37,310 nucleotides of DNA from a virus (IMGVR_UViG_3300022666_000045:1-37310), one strand, 5' to 3'. Positions 16,835-27,174 are shown, numbered from the stretch's first letter. Made by a program: numbers and translations. The notes: generated from the letters alone by a model not told the origin.

Positions 16835-17292
16835 AAACGATCGAACTCGGCTGCGGTGTGCATCCAACACCCGGCGCGGTGCATCATGATCGTATCCTGC
16901 ACGCCGCACACGTTGACATTGCACACGATCTGGATATGCTGCCGTGGCCGTGGAGCGACGGCGAGTTTGACAAAATATTGGCGCTGGATGTCATGGAGCA
17001 TTTGCGGCTGGACGTGCAAGCCTGGCTGGACGAGTGCTGGCGCATCCTGTCGCCTGGCGGCCTGCTCGTGCTGCGCCTGCCAGCCTGGGACAATCCAGTA
17101 TCATGGCGCGATCCAACGCATCGCCGGGTATTTCACCCGGAAACGTTCGACTACTGGGATCGTTCCAGGCCACTGCACCAGGATTACGGGTATTTCTATT
17201 TTTCCGAGTCGGGCCGCTGGTGGAGCGTGCAGAGCGTTAGCCGCGAAAACGGCGGCGATCTCGGTTACGTGCTACGCAAGGAGGCGTCATAA
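16828..17292 (+). CDS. Class I SAM-dependent methyltransferase
   Basis: IELGCG, HDLD..PWPW, DVMEHL, WRILSPGG and DPTH. Confidence 0.9.
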   Translation: MLKTIELGCGVHPTPGAVHHDRILHAAHVDIAHDLDMLPWPWSDGEFDKILALDVMEHLRLDVQAWLDECWRILSPGGLLVLRLPAWDNPVSWRDPTHRRVFHPETFDYWDRSRPLHQDYGYFYFSESGRWWSVQSVSRENGGDLGYVLRKEAS

Positions 17293-17408
17293 TGCCGTTC
17301 AAATCCAAAAAACAGCGTTCGTGGATGTATGCCAACATCCCGACGGTTGCCAAAAAGTGGACGAAAAAGTACGGATCTAAAATCCGTAAATCCGGCGGGC
17401 GCAAATGA
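17292..17408 (+). CDS. Small basic phage protein (38 aa; not in the ORF track)
   Basis: MPFKSKKQRSWMYANIPTVAKKWTKKYGSKIRKSGGRK; AGGAGG RBS; coupled at both ends. Confidence 0.8.
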   Translation: MPFKSKKQRSWMYANIPTVAKKWTKKYGSKIRKSGGRK

Positions 17409-18001
17409 CTGCACGAACCGGGATGGCAAACCTGATTGCCGATCTGCGCGGCCTGACCGATGCCGGTACGGCTGATTGGACATCTGGCACGGTAGTGTAT
17501 TGGGATGATGACCAGTTACAAAACGTGCTCGACCGCAACCGCATCGACCTGTATTTCTCGGCGATCAATCCGATTGCGCAGACCGTGAGCGGCGGGTCAA
17601 CCGTCTATACTGAGTATCGTGCGCAGTATGTCAACATCGAGAGCGGCACAGCCGCCATGTATTTGCAGGACGCTATCGGCGCGACTGTGCCAGCCACAAA
17701 CTACACGATGGATTACCGGCGCGGCGCATTCACGTTCACAGCCGACCAGGGCGGAACAATCTACTACCTGACCGGTCGGGCGTATGATCTGTACGGAGCG
17801 GCCGCCGACGTCTGGTCGATGAAGGCGGCCAACGCCGCAAAACGGTTCACATTCTCGACAGATAATCACAAGGTAGAGGCCGGGCAGTTGGTGCAGGTGT
17901 ACAATGCTCAGGCGCAATATTACCGCTCGATGTCGATGCAGAGCACCAGCAGCATCGACCTGACGCGCGGCGATGAGGTGACGTGCTATGACCTGGATTA
18001 G
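17405..18001 (+). CDS. Probable head-tail adaptor
   Basis: Synteny; DDDQLQ..L and YGAAADVW. Confidence 0.65.
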   Translation: MTARTGMANLIADLRGLTDAGTADWTSGTVVYWDDDQLQNVLDRNRIDLYFSAINPIAQTVSGGSTVYTEYRAQYVNIESGTAAMYLQDAIGATVPATNYTMDYRRGAFTFTADQGGTIYYLTGRAYDLYGAAADVWSMKAANAAKRFTFSTDNHKVEAGQLVQVYNAQAQYYRSMSMQSTSSIDLTRGDEVTCYDLD

Positions 18002-18359
18002 CTCCGCCGATCTGGACTATATGCGCAGTATGATCAACGGCGGGATGCTGCCCGACACGTGTAATATTTTGGCGGCTGCACTGGTCGCGGATGGTGAGGG
18101 CGGCGCAACCACGACTTGGGGCACAGCCTACGCAGGCGTTGCCTGCCGGTTGGATGCGAAATCCGGCGACAAAACAACGCAAAACGAGCGCCTGACGCCG
18201 TATCATACGTATCAATTGACGCTGCCGTACAATGCCAGCATTTCGACCGCAAACCGCGTGCAGGCTGGCGGCTATCTGTTCGATGTGGTGACCATTGACC
18301 CGCCTGGAAAATCCTGGTCTGCATGTGTGCGCTGTGAGTTGGAGATCGTGAATGGCTAG
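17988..18359 (+). CDS. Head closure / head-tail joining protein
   Basis: Synteny; DGEGG..TW, LTLP and NRVQ. Confidence 0.7.
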   Translation: MTWISSADLDYMRSMINGGMLPDTCNILAAALVADGEGGATTTWGTAYAGVACRLDAKSGDKTTQNERLTPYHTYQLTLPYNASISTANRVQAGGYLFDVVTIDPPGKSWSACVRCELEIVNG

Positions 18360-18774
18360 GCAAATTGTGCTCGATACGTCCGAACTCGACCGCATTGCAG
18401 CGCAGCTAGGCGCAAACGTACAGCGCGTTATCGCATCGCTGGCGTTTGATATCGAGGCGGGCGCAAAACAGGCCGCACCTGTAGATACATCGGCGCTGCG
18501 CAACTCAATCTATACCAATGTTGCCGGCAACAACGGCTATTCTCAGGCGTCCGGCGCTGCTCGTGGTGCGCGCCCGGATGTGCAGACCGAACCTATCCCG
18601 CAGCCGTCCGGCAAAATCATTGCCACGGTCGGCGCGTGCGTCGAGTATGCGGAGCATGTTGAGTTAGGCGGATCACATTCAGCCGCGCAGCCGTATCTAC
18701 TGCCGGCGTGTGAGGCGGTGTACCGTGATCTGGCGAACGGCGAGACCTGGCGGTCTGTGGTAGGGGAGGGATAA
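18352..18774 (+). CDS. HK97 gp10-like tail completion protein
   Basis: APVDTSALRNSI, YAEHVELG and AQPYLLPA. Confidence 0.9.
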   Translation: MARQIVLDTSELDRIAAQLGANVQRVIASLAFDIEAGAKQAAPVDTSALRNSIYTNVAGNNGYSQASGAARGARPDVQTEPIPQPSGKIIATVGACVEYAEHVELGGSHSAAQPYLLPACEAVYRDLANGETWRSVVGEG

Positions 18775-19187
18775 TGGCAATAGGATATGATCTGTACCCG
18801 GCGATCTACTCCAAACTGACAGGATCAACGGCGCTGACGGCGCTCCTGTCTGGCACAACGGCGGTGTACGACAAACAGGCTCCAATCGGCGCGGCGCTGC
18901 CGTATGTGGTGTACTCGATTGCGGCGGGCGGGCCGGATAATATTTGTCCATCGCCGCTTGAGAATGTGGTTGTATCCGTGCGGGCCTGGGCCGAGACCGG
19001 CAAACAGGCGCGGGCGATAGATCAACAGATTGACAACCTGCTACGCGGCACGAAGCTGACCATGACCAATGGTTGGGTGAATTTCTGGTCGGCTCGCGAG
19101 CAGGATATAGAGATGGTGGAGACCAGCACTAGCAATCAGGTGCGATACATGGCTGGCGGTCTCTATCGGTTCAGGTTCGACAAATAA
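18774..19187 (+). CDS. Tail terminator (DUF3168-like)
   Basis: IYSKL..VYD.QAP..LPYVV; synteny. Confidence 0.8.
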   Translation: MAIGYDLYPAIYSKLTGSTALTALLSGTTAVYDKQAPIGAALPYVVYSIAAGGPDNICPSPLENVVVSVRAWAETGKQARAIDQQIDNLLRGTKLTMTNGWVNFWSAREQDIEMVETSTSNQVRYMAGGLYRFRFDK

Positions 19188-19199
19188 CGAGGTGCAAAA

Positions 19200-19610
19200 A
19201 TGACTGATGGTTATGCTGGTTCTGTGAGTTACGCGGCGTTCATCGCCGCGGGTGGCGGTACGACTGTGCTCACCGGGAAATTCCGCGAGCAATCGCTCAC
19301 CCCGTCTGTGGCTCTGATCGATCAGACCGCGGGGGCGGACGCGACAAAATCCTATATCCCGAACGTCACCGACGGCCAATACTCGCTGTCCTGCCTGGCG
19401 CAGACTGGCGGTAGCGCGTTCGTCAATGCGATGGTCGCCGGCGCTCAGGGTACGTTGGTGCTCGGCTTCGAGGGCACCGCCGCCGGCAAGCCGAAAAAGA
19501 CCATTCCGGTTATCTCGCTCGGCGCGAAGTTGGACATGCCGTACAACGACGTGGTTACCGTGTCGGTCGATTTTCAATTCAACGGTGCGGTCGTGGATGC
19601 GTCCTGGTAG
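19200..19610 (+). CDS. Major tail tube protein
   Basis: Synteny; C-terminal DVVTVSVDFQFNG. Confidence 0.75.
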   Translation: MTDGYAGSVSYAAFIAAGGGTTVLTGKFREQSLTPSVALIDQTAGADATKSYIPNVTDGQYSLSCLAQTGGSAFVNAMVAGAQGTLVLGFEGTAAGKPKKTIPVISLGAKLDMPYNDVVTVSVDFQFNGAVVDASW

Positions 19611-19620
19611 GCGGTGACGT

Positions 19621-19857
19621 ATGCCAAAAATCGGAGGGTATGATATCACCATCGACATGAACGCCATCACCATCCGCGAGTATCGCCGGCTGTTCGCAGA
19701 CGACAAACCGGACGGATATGATGACGAAATCCTGGCGCGCGCGTGCAATCTCACCGTTGATCAGATTGGCGAGCTCGGCCAGCATGATTACCGGCTGCTG
19801 GTGCGCGAATTCTGGCGCGTCGCTCGCGATCCGCTGGCGAGCGATGAAAAAAACTAG
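19621..19857 (+). CDS. Tail assembly chaperone (gpG-like)
   Basis: Located between the tube and TMP genes; ends in the slippery A AAA AAC. Confidence 0.8.
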   Translation: MPKIGGYDITIDMNAITIREYRRLFADDKPDGYDDEILARACNLTVDQIGELGQHDYRLLVREFWRVARDPLASDEKN

Positions 19858-20045
19858 GTAGGCGAGTTTGGGAATATCTATCCGGGTACTCCCAACTCGC
19901 CCCGCTCGAATTCGTGATCTGGAACATGGCGGAGCATTTCCATTGGACGCTGGACTACATAGAGTCGCTGCCGGTGGAACGGCTGAGAGAGTACGAACGC
20001 ATCCAGGACGCCAGGAACAAGGCCGGGAAGGGCAGGCGTAAATGA
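19848..20045 (+). CDS. -1 frameshift extension of the tail chaperone (gpGT-like)
   Basis: The -1 frame is open to TGA 20045: LGRRVWEY..AEHFHWTLDYIESLP..RRK. A hairpin at 19861-19901 begins 6 nt after the heptamer. Confidence 0.85.
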   Translation, partial: KKLGRRVWEYLSGYSQLAPLEFVIWNMAEHFHWTLDYIESLPVERLREYERIQDARNKAGKGRRK

Positions 20046-21898
20046 GCACAAAAATTGCAACCCTATTCGCCGAGATCGGCGCCGACACCACAAAATTTGA
20101 CCGTGGTGCTCGTGATACGAAGCGCGGCCTGTCTGATCTGCGTGACGGGTTCGAGGCGTTGACCGGCGTCACTGTCGGCGCGGCTGCCGGCATCGGCGCG
20201 CTGGTCGCCGGCCTGAAATACTCCACCGCTCAGGCGATGGAGAGCGAGAAGGTCATGGCCGCCACAGAGGCGACCATTCGCGCGACCGGCGGCGCCGCCG
20301 GCATGACGGCTGATGAAATCTCAGACCTGGCGAGTTCCGAGAGTCGTCTGACCGCCATCGATGACGAGGTCATCCAGTCCGGCGCGAATATGCTGCTCAC
20401 GTTCAAAAACATTGGCGAGAACACGTTCCCACGCGCTACCAGGGCTATGGAGGACATGGCCGCTGCAATGGCGAACGGGAACATCGCGCAACTTGATTTG
20501 CAATCTACCGCGATTTTGTTAGGCAAGGCTCTCAACGATCCGATTGCTGGCATTGGCGCGCTGACAAAAAACGGCGTCACACTGTCAGACGTGCAGAAGC
20601 AACAGATACGTGATTTCATGGCGGTAAACGACGTCGCCAGCGCTCAGGCCGTCATCCTGGCCGAACTGGAAAGCGAATTCGGCGGGATGGCCGAGGCGAT
20701 GGGAGGCACGAATCTCGGCAAAATTCAGAAGGCGAAAAACGAGCTTGACAATCTTGCGGCGACCATCGGCGAAAAATTGCTGCCGTTTCTCGGTGATGCG
20801 GCTGCCGGCGCTGCAACGCTGATGAGCGCTCAGGACAGGTTGAGCAGCGCATTTCAGGCGCAGGAACAGCGCACACGTGAGACGGCCGGATCATACGAGG
20901 AATACATCACCGAGGTGCAGCGGGCCTATGCTGCGTCTCATCTGTACGGCGTGCGACAGGAGGTGTTGGTCAGGCAGGGTGACGCGCTGAGTGAGGCCAA
21001 TTTCAACGCCGCCAAGGCTGGTCGTGAGGCGAAGGAGAGTTTTGCCGGCATGGCCGGCGCGGCGGCGATGATGAAACAGCCGATGCAGGACGCCGCGGAA
21101 GAGGCCGACATCGTCAAAGGCAAAATGTCCGAATTAGGGCTGTTTATGGCGGGCGACGTTGGGCAATCGTTTGTTGATTTTTCGGACAAAATGAGAAATC
21201 TCGGCGACCAACAGAATGAGATCGTGACCAAAATCTCCGAACTGGAGTCAAAAGCCTGGCTGACGCCGGAGCAGCGCCAGCAGCTTGAGGATTTGCGCGG
21301 CAAATTGGACGACAATAAAAACGCCGTCAAAGAAGCCGCGGACGCATTCGAGAAGGAGTCAAAACGCATCGTATTCTCGATCCTCCAGCAGCGCCTTGCG
21401 TCTGATGGCCTGACAAAAACTGAGGCAGACGCGCTGGTGACGGTCGCGCAAAAATTCGGCCTGATCGACCAGGCAACAAAAATGACGTATGATGCAATTG
21501 GCGACGTTGTGACACAACTGGACGAGGGCAAAATCTCAGCCGATGGCATGGCCGACGCAATCGAGCGTATCAGCGACAAGAACGTGAAAATCGGCATCGA
21601 ATACACAGAGAGCGGGGTATACAACCCATACGGCAACCGCGTAGATGTGCGCGGCGGCGCAGTGTCCGGCGAAAATGCCAATGGCGGCGTGATCATGGCA
21701 GGAGAAACGCGGCTCGTTGGCGAGCGCGGGCCGGAGATGATCTCGACAACCGCACACGCGCAGGTGACGACAGCAGAGACGCTCTCAGGCCAGCAGCAGG
21801 GCACAGGCGGCGCCGGAGGCCAGATCATCATCTACGGCAATCCTACCATCTCACTGTCCGGCGACACTCAAACGATGTTGCAGCAGGTGACTGTATGA
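20042..21898 (+). CDS. Tape measure protein (618 aa)
   Basis: IATLFAEIGADT N-terminus, LGKALNDPIAGIGALT, helical Ala-rich body and LVGERGPE. Confidence 0.92.
   Translation: MSTKIATLFAEIGADTTKFDRGARDTKRGLSDLRDGFEALTGVTVGAAAGIGALVAGLKYSTAQAMESEKVMAATEATIRATGGAAGMTADEISDLASSESRLTAIDDEVIQSGANMLLTFKNIGENTFPRATRAMEDMAAAMANGNIAQLDLQSTAILLGKALNDPIAGIGALTKNGVTLSDVQKQQIRDFMAVNDVASAQAVILAELESEFGGMAEAMGGTNLGKIQKAKNELDNLAATIGEKLLPFLGDAAAGAATLMSAQDRLSSAFQAQEQRTRETAGSYEEYITEVQRAYAASHLYGVRQEVLVRQGDALSEANFNAAKAGREAKESFAGMAGAAAMMKQPMQDAAEEADIVKGKMSELGLFMAGDVGQSFVDFSDKMRNLGDQQNEIVTKISELESKAWLTPEQRQQLEDLRGKLDDNKNAVKEAADAFEKESKRIVFSILQQRLASDGLTKTEADALVTVAQKFGLIDQATKMTYDAIGDVVTQLDEGKISADGMADAIERISDKNVKIGIEYTESGVYNPYGNRVDVRGGAVSGENANGGVIMAGETRLVGERGPEMISTTAHAQVTTAETLSGQQQGTGGAGGQIIIYGNPTISLSGDTQTMLQQVTV
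20538..20670 (+). repeat. 133-bp segment with an inverted copy at 31312-31444
   Basis: Manual alignment gives 117/133 identical. Confidence 0.95.
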
Positions 21899-23838
21899 AA
21901 CTACAGGTAGTATCCTATCGTGGTGCGACCATAACCAGCAGCACGCTATCGGCATGGCTGCCGGTGAGCGCACCGCCAGCGGCGCAAACTCAGGTGATCG
22001 AGATCAACCGCAGCGGCAAATATCCTGCCTATGCCGGCAAATCGTTCCAGTCCTGGACGTTTCCGGTGCAATTCGGCATGACCGGCACGCTGCCTGCGCA
22101 GCAGGTGGATAGCCTGCGCCAGATGTTCGATCTGGAAAACCAGACGCCTGGAACGCTGGTATTCCAGGACGCGGCGGACTCGAATAAACAATATTACGTC
22201 ATGGCAGTTCCTGTGTCTATGCCGTCGTGGGAATATCGGTTCGCACAGGTCAACATGAACGCCAGTGATCCAACATGGCGCAGCATGGACACCTACGCGG
22301 GTACGATTACGGCTGCCGGGAGTGTTGCGTCTGGCACGCTGACGGTTGGCGGAAATCTGTACACCAGGCCGACGATCAGTATCACGCCATCGTCTGCCGG
22401 CACAGTCGGCTATGCCTACCGCGAGTATGTGACGGTGATCAACCAGGCTCCTGTGCCGTTCCAAAATCTCCCGTATGATCTAGGCGGCACAGCCGGATAC
22501 GATACGGCGACGCTGGTTTCTGCCGGAAAAATGCAGGCCACCTGTGCCGATCTGCGCGTGATGGTGGATGGCGTCGAGACAGACTATTGGCTCGACGCGC
22601 CGAACTCCAGCACAACGCATGTTTGGTGCAATCTATCGCTTCCTGGCGGCACAACCTGCGCGCTCGGCACAGCGATTACATCCGGCGGCACAGTGACAAC
22701 GCTCGGAGTCAGGGTTGACGCCACCAACAGCCGGGCGTTTGACGTGTTCCCGTCATCTGGAATTGTACGCATTGACTCAGAGGAATTCGCCTACACCGGC
22801 AAGAGCAAGACCAAAACATCCTACACGCTGACCGGTGTCACTCGCTCGGTGCGCGACACCAGCGCCGGCAATCACAGCGCGAATGCCACGATCTACCAGG
22901 TGGCGCACGACATCCAATTCCTGTACGGCAACCCATCCGCGTCTGCAATCTCGGCGGACGACGCACGCAAACCGATCATCGAATTGACATCGACGAATGC
23001 GGCATGGACATTTGCGAATTTCCAGAGCGCCGATAAACTGCGTTCGGGTGGCTGGACATCGGCCATCGTGACATCTGCCAGCCAGACGGCCGCAGACCTG
23101 ACGCAGCGATCAGACACCTACACGGCCACGCAGGAGACAGACGCAGACCCGGCAAGCGTCATGGGAATGACGGCCAGGGCCTACCAGAAAAAAGCGACCT
23201 GGGCGGCTGAGTCATGCACATTGGCCTGGTCAATCTATCACCCGGCAGGTATCACGCAGGTGGCGGCGTCTGGGAGCAAATACCGCAATGCCACGTCCTG
23301 GCCGTCTACGGCGGCACTGCAAAAATCCACCACCGGCGCTACGTGGACAAATGTTGTCAACCAGACAACGCCCGGAACGGTATCCACCTGGACGGCCTGG
23401 ACGTTCTCTGGGACGTCTCTAGGAGGCACGGTGAATTACATCCGGTTTGCGTTTGCCGGCGCGATTGCTGCCAGCGCCAACGCGCGGGCGTCGTTCGAAA
23501 TCTCGGATGTGACATTGACCATGCCTGCATCGCGTGTGCCGGTAGTCTACCGTAACAGCGAGCAGACCAACTACACACTCACAGCGCGTATCACGAACGT
23601 TACAACCGGCGCTTACATCGACCTCAACTATGGCATGGCGACCGGGAACACGATCACCATCGACACCGAGAACCGCACCGCCACGTACAACGACATCAAT
23701 GCCATTGGCGGCGTCTCGCCGTCTCGCGTCGATGAATGGCTAAAACTCGTACCAGGCGCAAATGAGATTGCCTGGACGACTGAGGCAACAGACGGAACAG
23801 CATCGCTGGTATTTTCGTGGAGGGAGCGAAAAGCATGA
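21895..23838 (+). CDS. Distal tail (Dit-like) protein with large Ser/Thr-rich insertion
   Basis: Follows TMP; C-terminal WLKLVPGANEI..FSWRER; DUF2341-like DLRV..DYW. Confidence 0.75.
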   Translation: MKLQVVSYRGATITSSTLSAWLPVSAPPAAQTQVIEINRSGKYPAYAGKSFQSWTFPVQFGMTGTLPAQQVDSLRQMFDLENQTPGTLVFQDAADSNKQYYVMAVPVSMPSWEYRFAQVNMNASDPTWRSMDTYAGTITAAGSVASGTLTVGGNLYTRPTISITPSSAGTVGYAYREYVTVINQAPVPFQNLPYDLGGTAGYDTATLVSAGKMQATCADLRVMVDGVETDYWLDAPNSSTTHVWCNLSLPGGTTCALGTAITSGGTVTTLGVRVDATNSRAFDVFPSSGIVRIDSEEFAYTGKSKTKTSYTLTGVTRSVRDTSAGNHSANATIYQVAHDIQFLYGNPSASAISADDARKPIIELTSTNAAWTFANFQSADKLRSGGWTSAIVTSASQTAADLTQRSDTYTATQETDADPASVMGMTARAYQKKATWAAESCTLAWSIYHPAGITQVAASGSKYRNATSWPSTAALQKSTTGATWTNVVNQTTPGTVSTWTAWTFSGTSLGGTVNYIRFAFAGAIAASANARASFEISDVTLTMPASRVPVVYRNSEQTNYTLTARITNVTTGAYIDLNYGMATGNTITIDTENRTATYNDINAIGGVSPSRVDEWLKLVPGANEIAWTTEATDGTASLVFSWRERKA

Positions 23839-24893
23839 CGATCAGTCACAGTATTTCGATTTACGACCATGACGGCTACGAACTGGCGGAAATTGAGGCC
23901 AGCATCGAGGTAAACTGGATTCTGAACGAGTACGGCAATGCATCGTTTACACTGCCTGTTCGGGATCCAAAATGCACAGAAGTAAATTTGCGCTACGGCA
24001 ATTTCGTCCTGGTGCGTTTCCGCGACGAAAACAACGCGCCCGTTCTGCCGGATTGGTGCGGTATGATCGACACGCCGCGAGAATGGCTCAACCAGCAGGT
24101 GAAAATATCCTGTTACTCTGCGGAGTACATCCTGACCAAACGCACCGGGACGCGCGATGAGACTGTGACCGGTGTAGCTGGTGCGCTGTTCCAGCGCTGC
24201 ATCAACCGCGCTAACGAGGATGCGGATACACTGATCCGGCTCGGAAACGTCTACGGCGGCGGTAGCGAGCGACAACTGACGTTCCACTACCAGCAGATTT
24301 ACAAGGCCGTCACCGGCGACGGTACGGGCGGATTGGCGCAGCGGGCTGAGAATGATTTTGAGATCGTTCCAGACGTGCAGCAGTCCGGGAGGTTACAGTT
24401 TTTGGCGAACTGGTATGAGCGCGCCGGGGTAGACCGGCTGACACAGTTGATTGAGGGCTACAATATCGAACGAACGACCGTGCGCGAGCAGGGCCGGCTG
24501 ACCAACGATCTAGTTGGCTACGGCGACGGCGCAACATGGCCAGACAGGCCTGTGTACCACGCGAAAGACCAGGAGTTAATCGGCAAATATGGGCTGATGA
24601 AAGACAGTTTTTCCGCCGGTGCTTCCGAGTACGGCACGGTGCGGGTCAACACAGAGCAGGAGATTGCGCGCCGCAAACAGCCTACATTGTCTCTGCGCCT
24701 GGCGGCGCTGGATGTCGCCGATACGTACGCAAATATCCGTTTGGGCGACCGGCTGCCGCTGCGCCTGACTACTGCCGGATTTGCGGACGCAAACGGCGAG
24801 ATTGGCCTGTCTACCGTTGTGCGAATCGTCGGCATGAAATACAATACAGATGCACACAAACTAGAGTTGACGTGCGAGGAGGATAACGAATAA
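23835..24893 (+). CDS. Baseplate hub/tail protein (Gp37-like)
   Basis: LNEYGNASFTLP, WCG, and IRLGD..RIVG; synteny. Confidence 0.7.
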   Translation: MTISHSISIYDHDGYELAEIEASIEVNWILNEYGNASFTLPVRDPKCTEVNLRYGNFVLVRFRDENNAPVLPDWCGMIDTPREWLNQQVKISCYSAEYILTKRTGTRDETVTGVAGALFQRCINRANEDADTLIRLGNVYGGGSERQLTFHYQQIYKAVTGDGTGGLAQRAENDFEIVPDVQQSGRLQFLANWYERAGVDRLTQLIEGYNIERTTVREQGRLTNDLVGYGDGATWPDRPVYHAKDQELIGKYGLMKDSFSAGASEYGTVRVNTEQEIARRKQPTLSLRLAALDVADTYANIRLGDRLPLRLTTAGFADANGEIGLSTVVRIVGMKYNTDAHKLELTCEEDNE

Positions 24894-26110
24894 TGGCGGA
24901 TGTCGATACCAAATCTGGAGAGCAGACGAACCAACTGCTAGCCGTGATCAATGAGCTACGCGCTCGCGTGGATGCATTGGAGCGCCGACCGGTGCAGGCA
25001 GATAGCCTGGATCATCTGGCTGAGACGCTCGGCACAATTGAGGCCGGGGAATTGCGCTGCCATGCTGACCCGGCTGACCCTCACGCACCCGGAGATGGTT
25101 TCAGCGGCGTGCGTGTGTCCGGCGCTCCGATGTCCGAATATTCGGATGCGCCAAATATCGCAGGCGTCGAGAATGACGTACCAACATTCTGGCTGCGCTC
25201 GGCGGATGGCGCTGCGTCATTCCTGGGCGGTAGTGCGGTGTTGTCTGTAGATGGCGTCAATATTACCGGAGCCAACACACCATACACGCATACGGTCGGG
25301 AGCGGGGCATCGCAAAGAACTGGTATCCTAACTATGACTAGTTCTGGCGGAGTTACCGAGTGGGGGCTGCGATATAAAAAACCGGTAGCCGCTGTCGCCC
25401 AGATCGACGGCTCTACAACCTGGACGACATCAGGCACAACGATTTCAGCGAGCGGGCAGAATGTAACTGCGATCACAAACGAAATTTCAGGCGGAGACGC
25501 AACCGTGACGGCTGTCACCGGTCTAATGCGCACCTATCCGGGTGCGCAAAACTCGTACAGCGTCACCGTCAAACGCGGTTTGGCCGCATATACTCCAGAT
25601 TGTCTGCTAGACATACAGGCTATATGGTATACGCGATCTGATTTGACAATTCCTCTCAGCGCGTCATCTATCGTGTACCTGGATGATGACGATATCCCGG
25701 CGTCGCCAACGGTGTTCACAGCCACAGCAACAACGCCGGTTTTAGCGAATTACGTTCAGTTTCAGGTACGAGTTACGCACGACATTAGCGGATACAATCA
25801 ATCTGTCGTGGTCACTGATCTGTCTGCGACGCGTGAGGCGTGCGAGCAGATCATCTCGCTGACGTTCTCCGACCGGGGTACGAAGCTCTCAAATGCGCCG
25901 TTGCAGATCGAGAAATTGACGGACTCGGATTTGAGCGACCTGTTATATACGCCGGTTGGCGGATACGCGAGCGTTTATGCCAAAACGGATACGCGCCTAT
26001 ATTACGATCAGCAGATCAACGACCTCGGAAACACAGATGAACGGCGTATCGCTGACATTGACGATATTGACGATCTGCTCATGAATATGGCATTTTGGTC
26101 TGGAATATAG
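24893..26110 (+). CDS. Minor tail/fibre protein
   Basis: N-terminal coiled coil LRARVDALER followed by beta-rich domains. Confidence 0.65.
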   Translation: MADVDTKSGEQTNQLLAVINELRARVDALERRPVQADSLDHLAETLGTIEAGELRCHADPADPHAPGDGFSGVRVSGAPMSEYSDAPNIAGVENDVPTFWLRSADGAASFLGGSAVLSVDGVNITGANTPYTHTVGSGASQRTGILTMTSSGGVTEWGLRYKKPVAAVAQIDGSTTWTTSGTTISASGQNVTAITNEISGGDATVTAVTGLMRTYPGAQNSYSVTVKRGLAAYTPDCLLDIQAIWYTRSDLTIPLSASSIVYLDDDDIPASPTVFTATATTPVLANYVQFQVRVTHDISGYNQSVVVTDLSATREACEQIISLTFSDRGTKLSNAPLQIEKLTDSDLSDLLYTPVGGYASVYAKTDTRLYYDQQINDLGNTDERRIADIDDIDDLLMNMAFWSGI

Positions 26111-26118
26111 GTACAGAT

Positions 26119-26451
26119 ATGGCAATCACTCAGGCAATGCAAACCGGCAATCTCGACGGCACAAACGCCGTGGACATCCTGGACGCTCCGGCGTCCGGTG
26201 CGCGGCGGATCACGCGCGCAATCATCATCACCAATCTGGACACTGTACCTGTGGATTTCACGCTCTACCGCGACAAGAACGGCACGGATCACACTATCGT
26301 ACTGGGGGTTAGCATCACTACCGGGCGTTCGTTCATCATCGAAATTCCGTTCGTGCTCTCGGCCACAGACGAGAAATTGCAAGGCGTTCTGGCGGCCGTC
26401 AAAACCACGACAAACCCGACGTTCACCGTATCGTATGCGGAGGAGTCGTAA
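26119..26451 (+). CDS. Minor tail-associated protein
   Basis: Beta-sandwich-like 110 aa; in operon. Confidence 0.6.
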   Translation: MAITQAMQTGNLDGTNAVDILDAPASGARRITRAIIITNLDTVPVDFTLYRDKNGTDHTIVLGVSITTGRSFIIEIPFVLSATDEKLQGVLAAVKTTTNPTFTVSYAEES

Positions 26452-26452
26452 A

Positions 26453-27163
26453 ATGCCCATCGTCATGTTTGACAAGACTTCCGGGCAGGTGATCGAAAAG
26501 CGCGGCATGTTTTTTATGGATTTGAAACGCATCATGATTGCCAACACCGGCTACGGCAACAGCGGATCATCTGCTGGCGTTTCGTCTCTCACGTGGAATC
26601 ACACGGTCGGGAGCGGGCCAAACCGTATTCTGACCGTCGCGGTATCGGTATACAAATCATCCGGTGTTGTTGCGCCGACGTCGGTAACCTATGGCGGCGT
26701 GGCGATGACGAAAATTGCCGATGTGACCAGCAGCGTTGTTAATGCCAGTCTGTGGTATCTGGTCGCTCCAGCGTCTGGAACCGCTCAGGTGGCATGCTCG
26801 TTCTCGACCACGATCATTGGCGGCGGGGTCAGTGCGGATTACACCGGCGTGCACCAGACTGCACCGCTCGGCACAGCCGCCACGGCCACCGGCAACACAA
26901 CCACCGCAACCGTAGCCGTTACCGCCGCTGTCGGTGATCTTGTGATCGATGCACTGGCAAAACGAGACACCACAGAAGCTCCGACATGTGACGCATCTCA
27001 AACGCTGGCATACCAGACCGTGAGCGCATACGTCACCGCCGGGAGCAATGCTCATGCCGGTATGAGCTATGAGGATGGCGCCGCGTCGGTTACAATGTCC
27101 TGGACGTGGCCGACCAATAACCGGTATTGGTCTATTATCGGTGTCGCGCTCAAACGAGCATAA
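26453..27163 (+). CDS. Ser/Thr-rich beta-sandwich tail/receptor-binding protein
   Basis: GAGGAG RBS; HTVGSGPNRILTV..VTYGGVAMT..WYLVAPASG. Confidence 0.7.
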   Translation: MPIVMFDKTSGQVIEKRGMFFMDLKRIMIANTGYGNSGSSAGVSSLTWNHTVGSGPNRILTVAVSVYKSSGVVAPTSVTYGGVAMTKIADVTSSVVNASLWYLVAPASGTAQVACSFSTTIIGGGVSADYTGVHQTAPLGTAATATGNTTTATVAVTAAVGDLVIDALAKRDTTEAPTCDASQTLAYQTVSAYVTAGSNAHAGMSYEDGAASVTMSWTWPTNNRYWSIIGVALKRA

Positions 27164-27174
27164 TTGAGGTGTAT

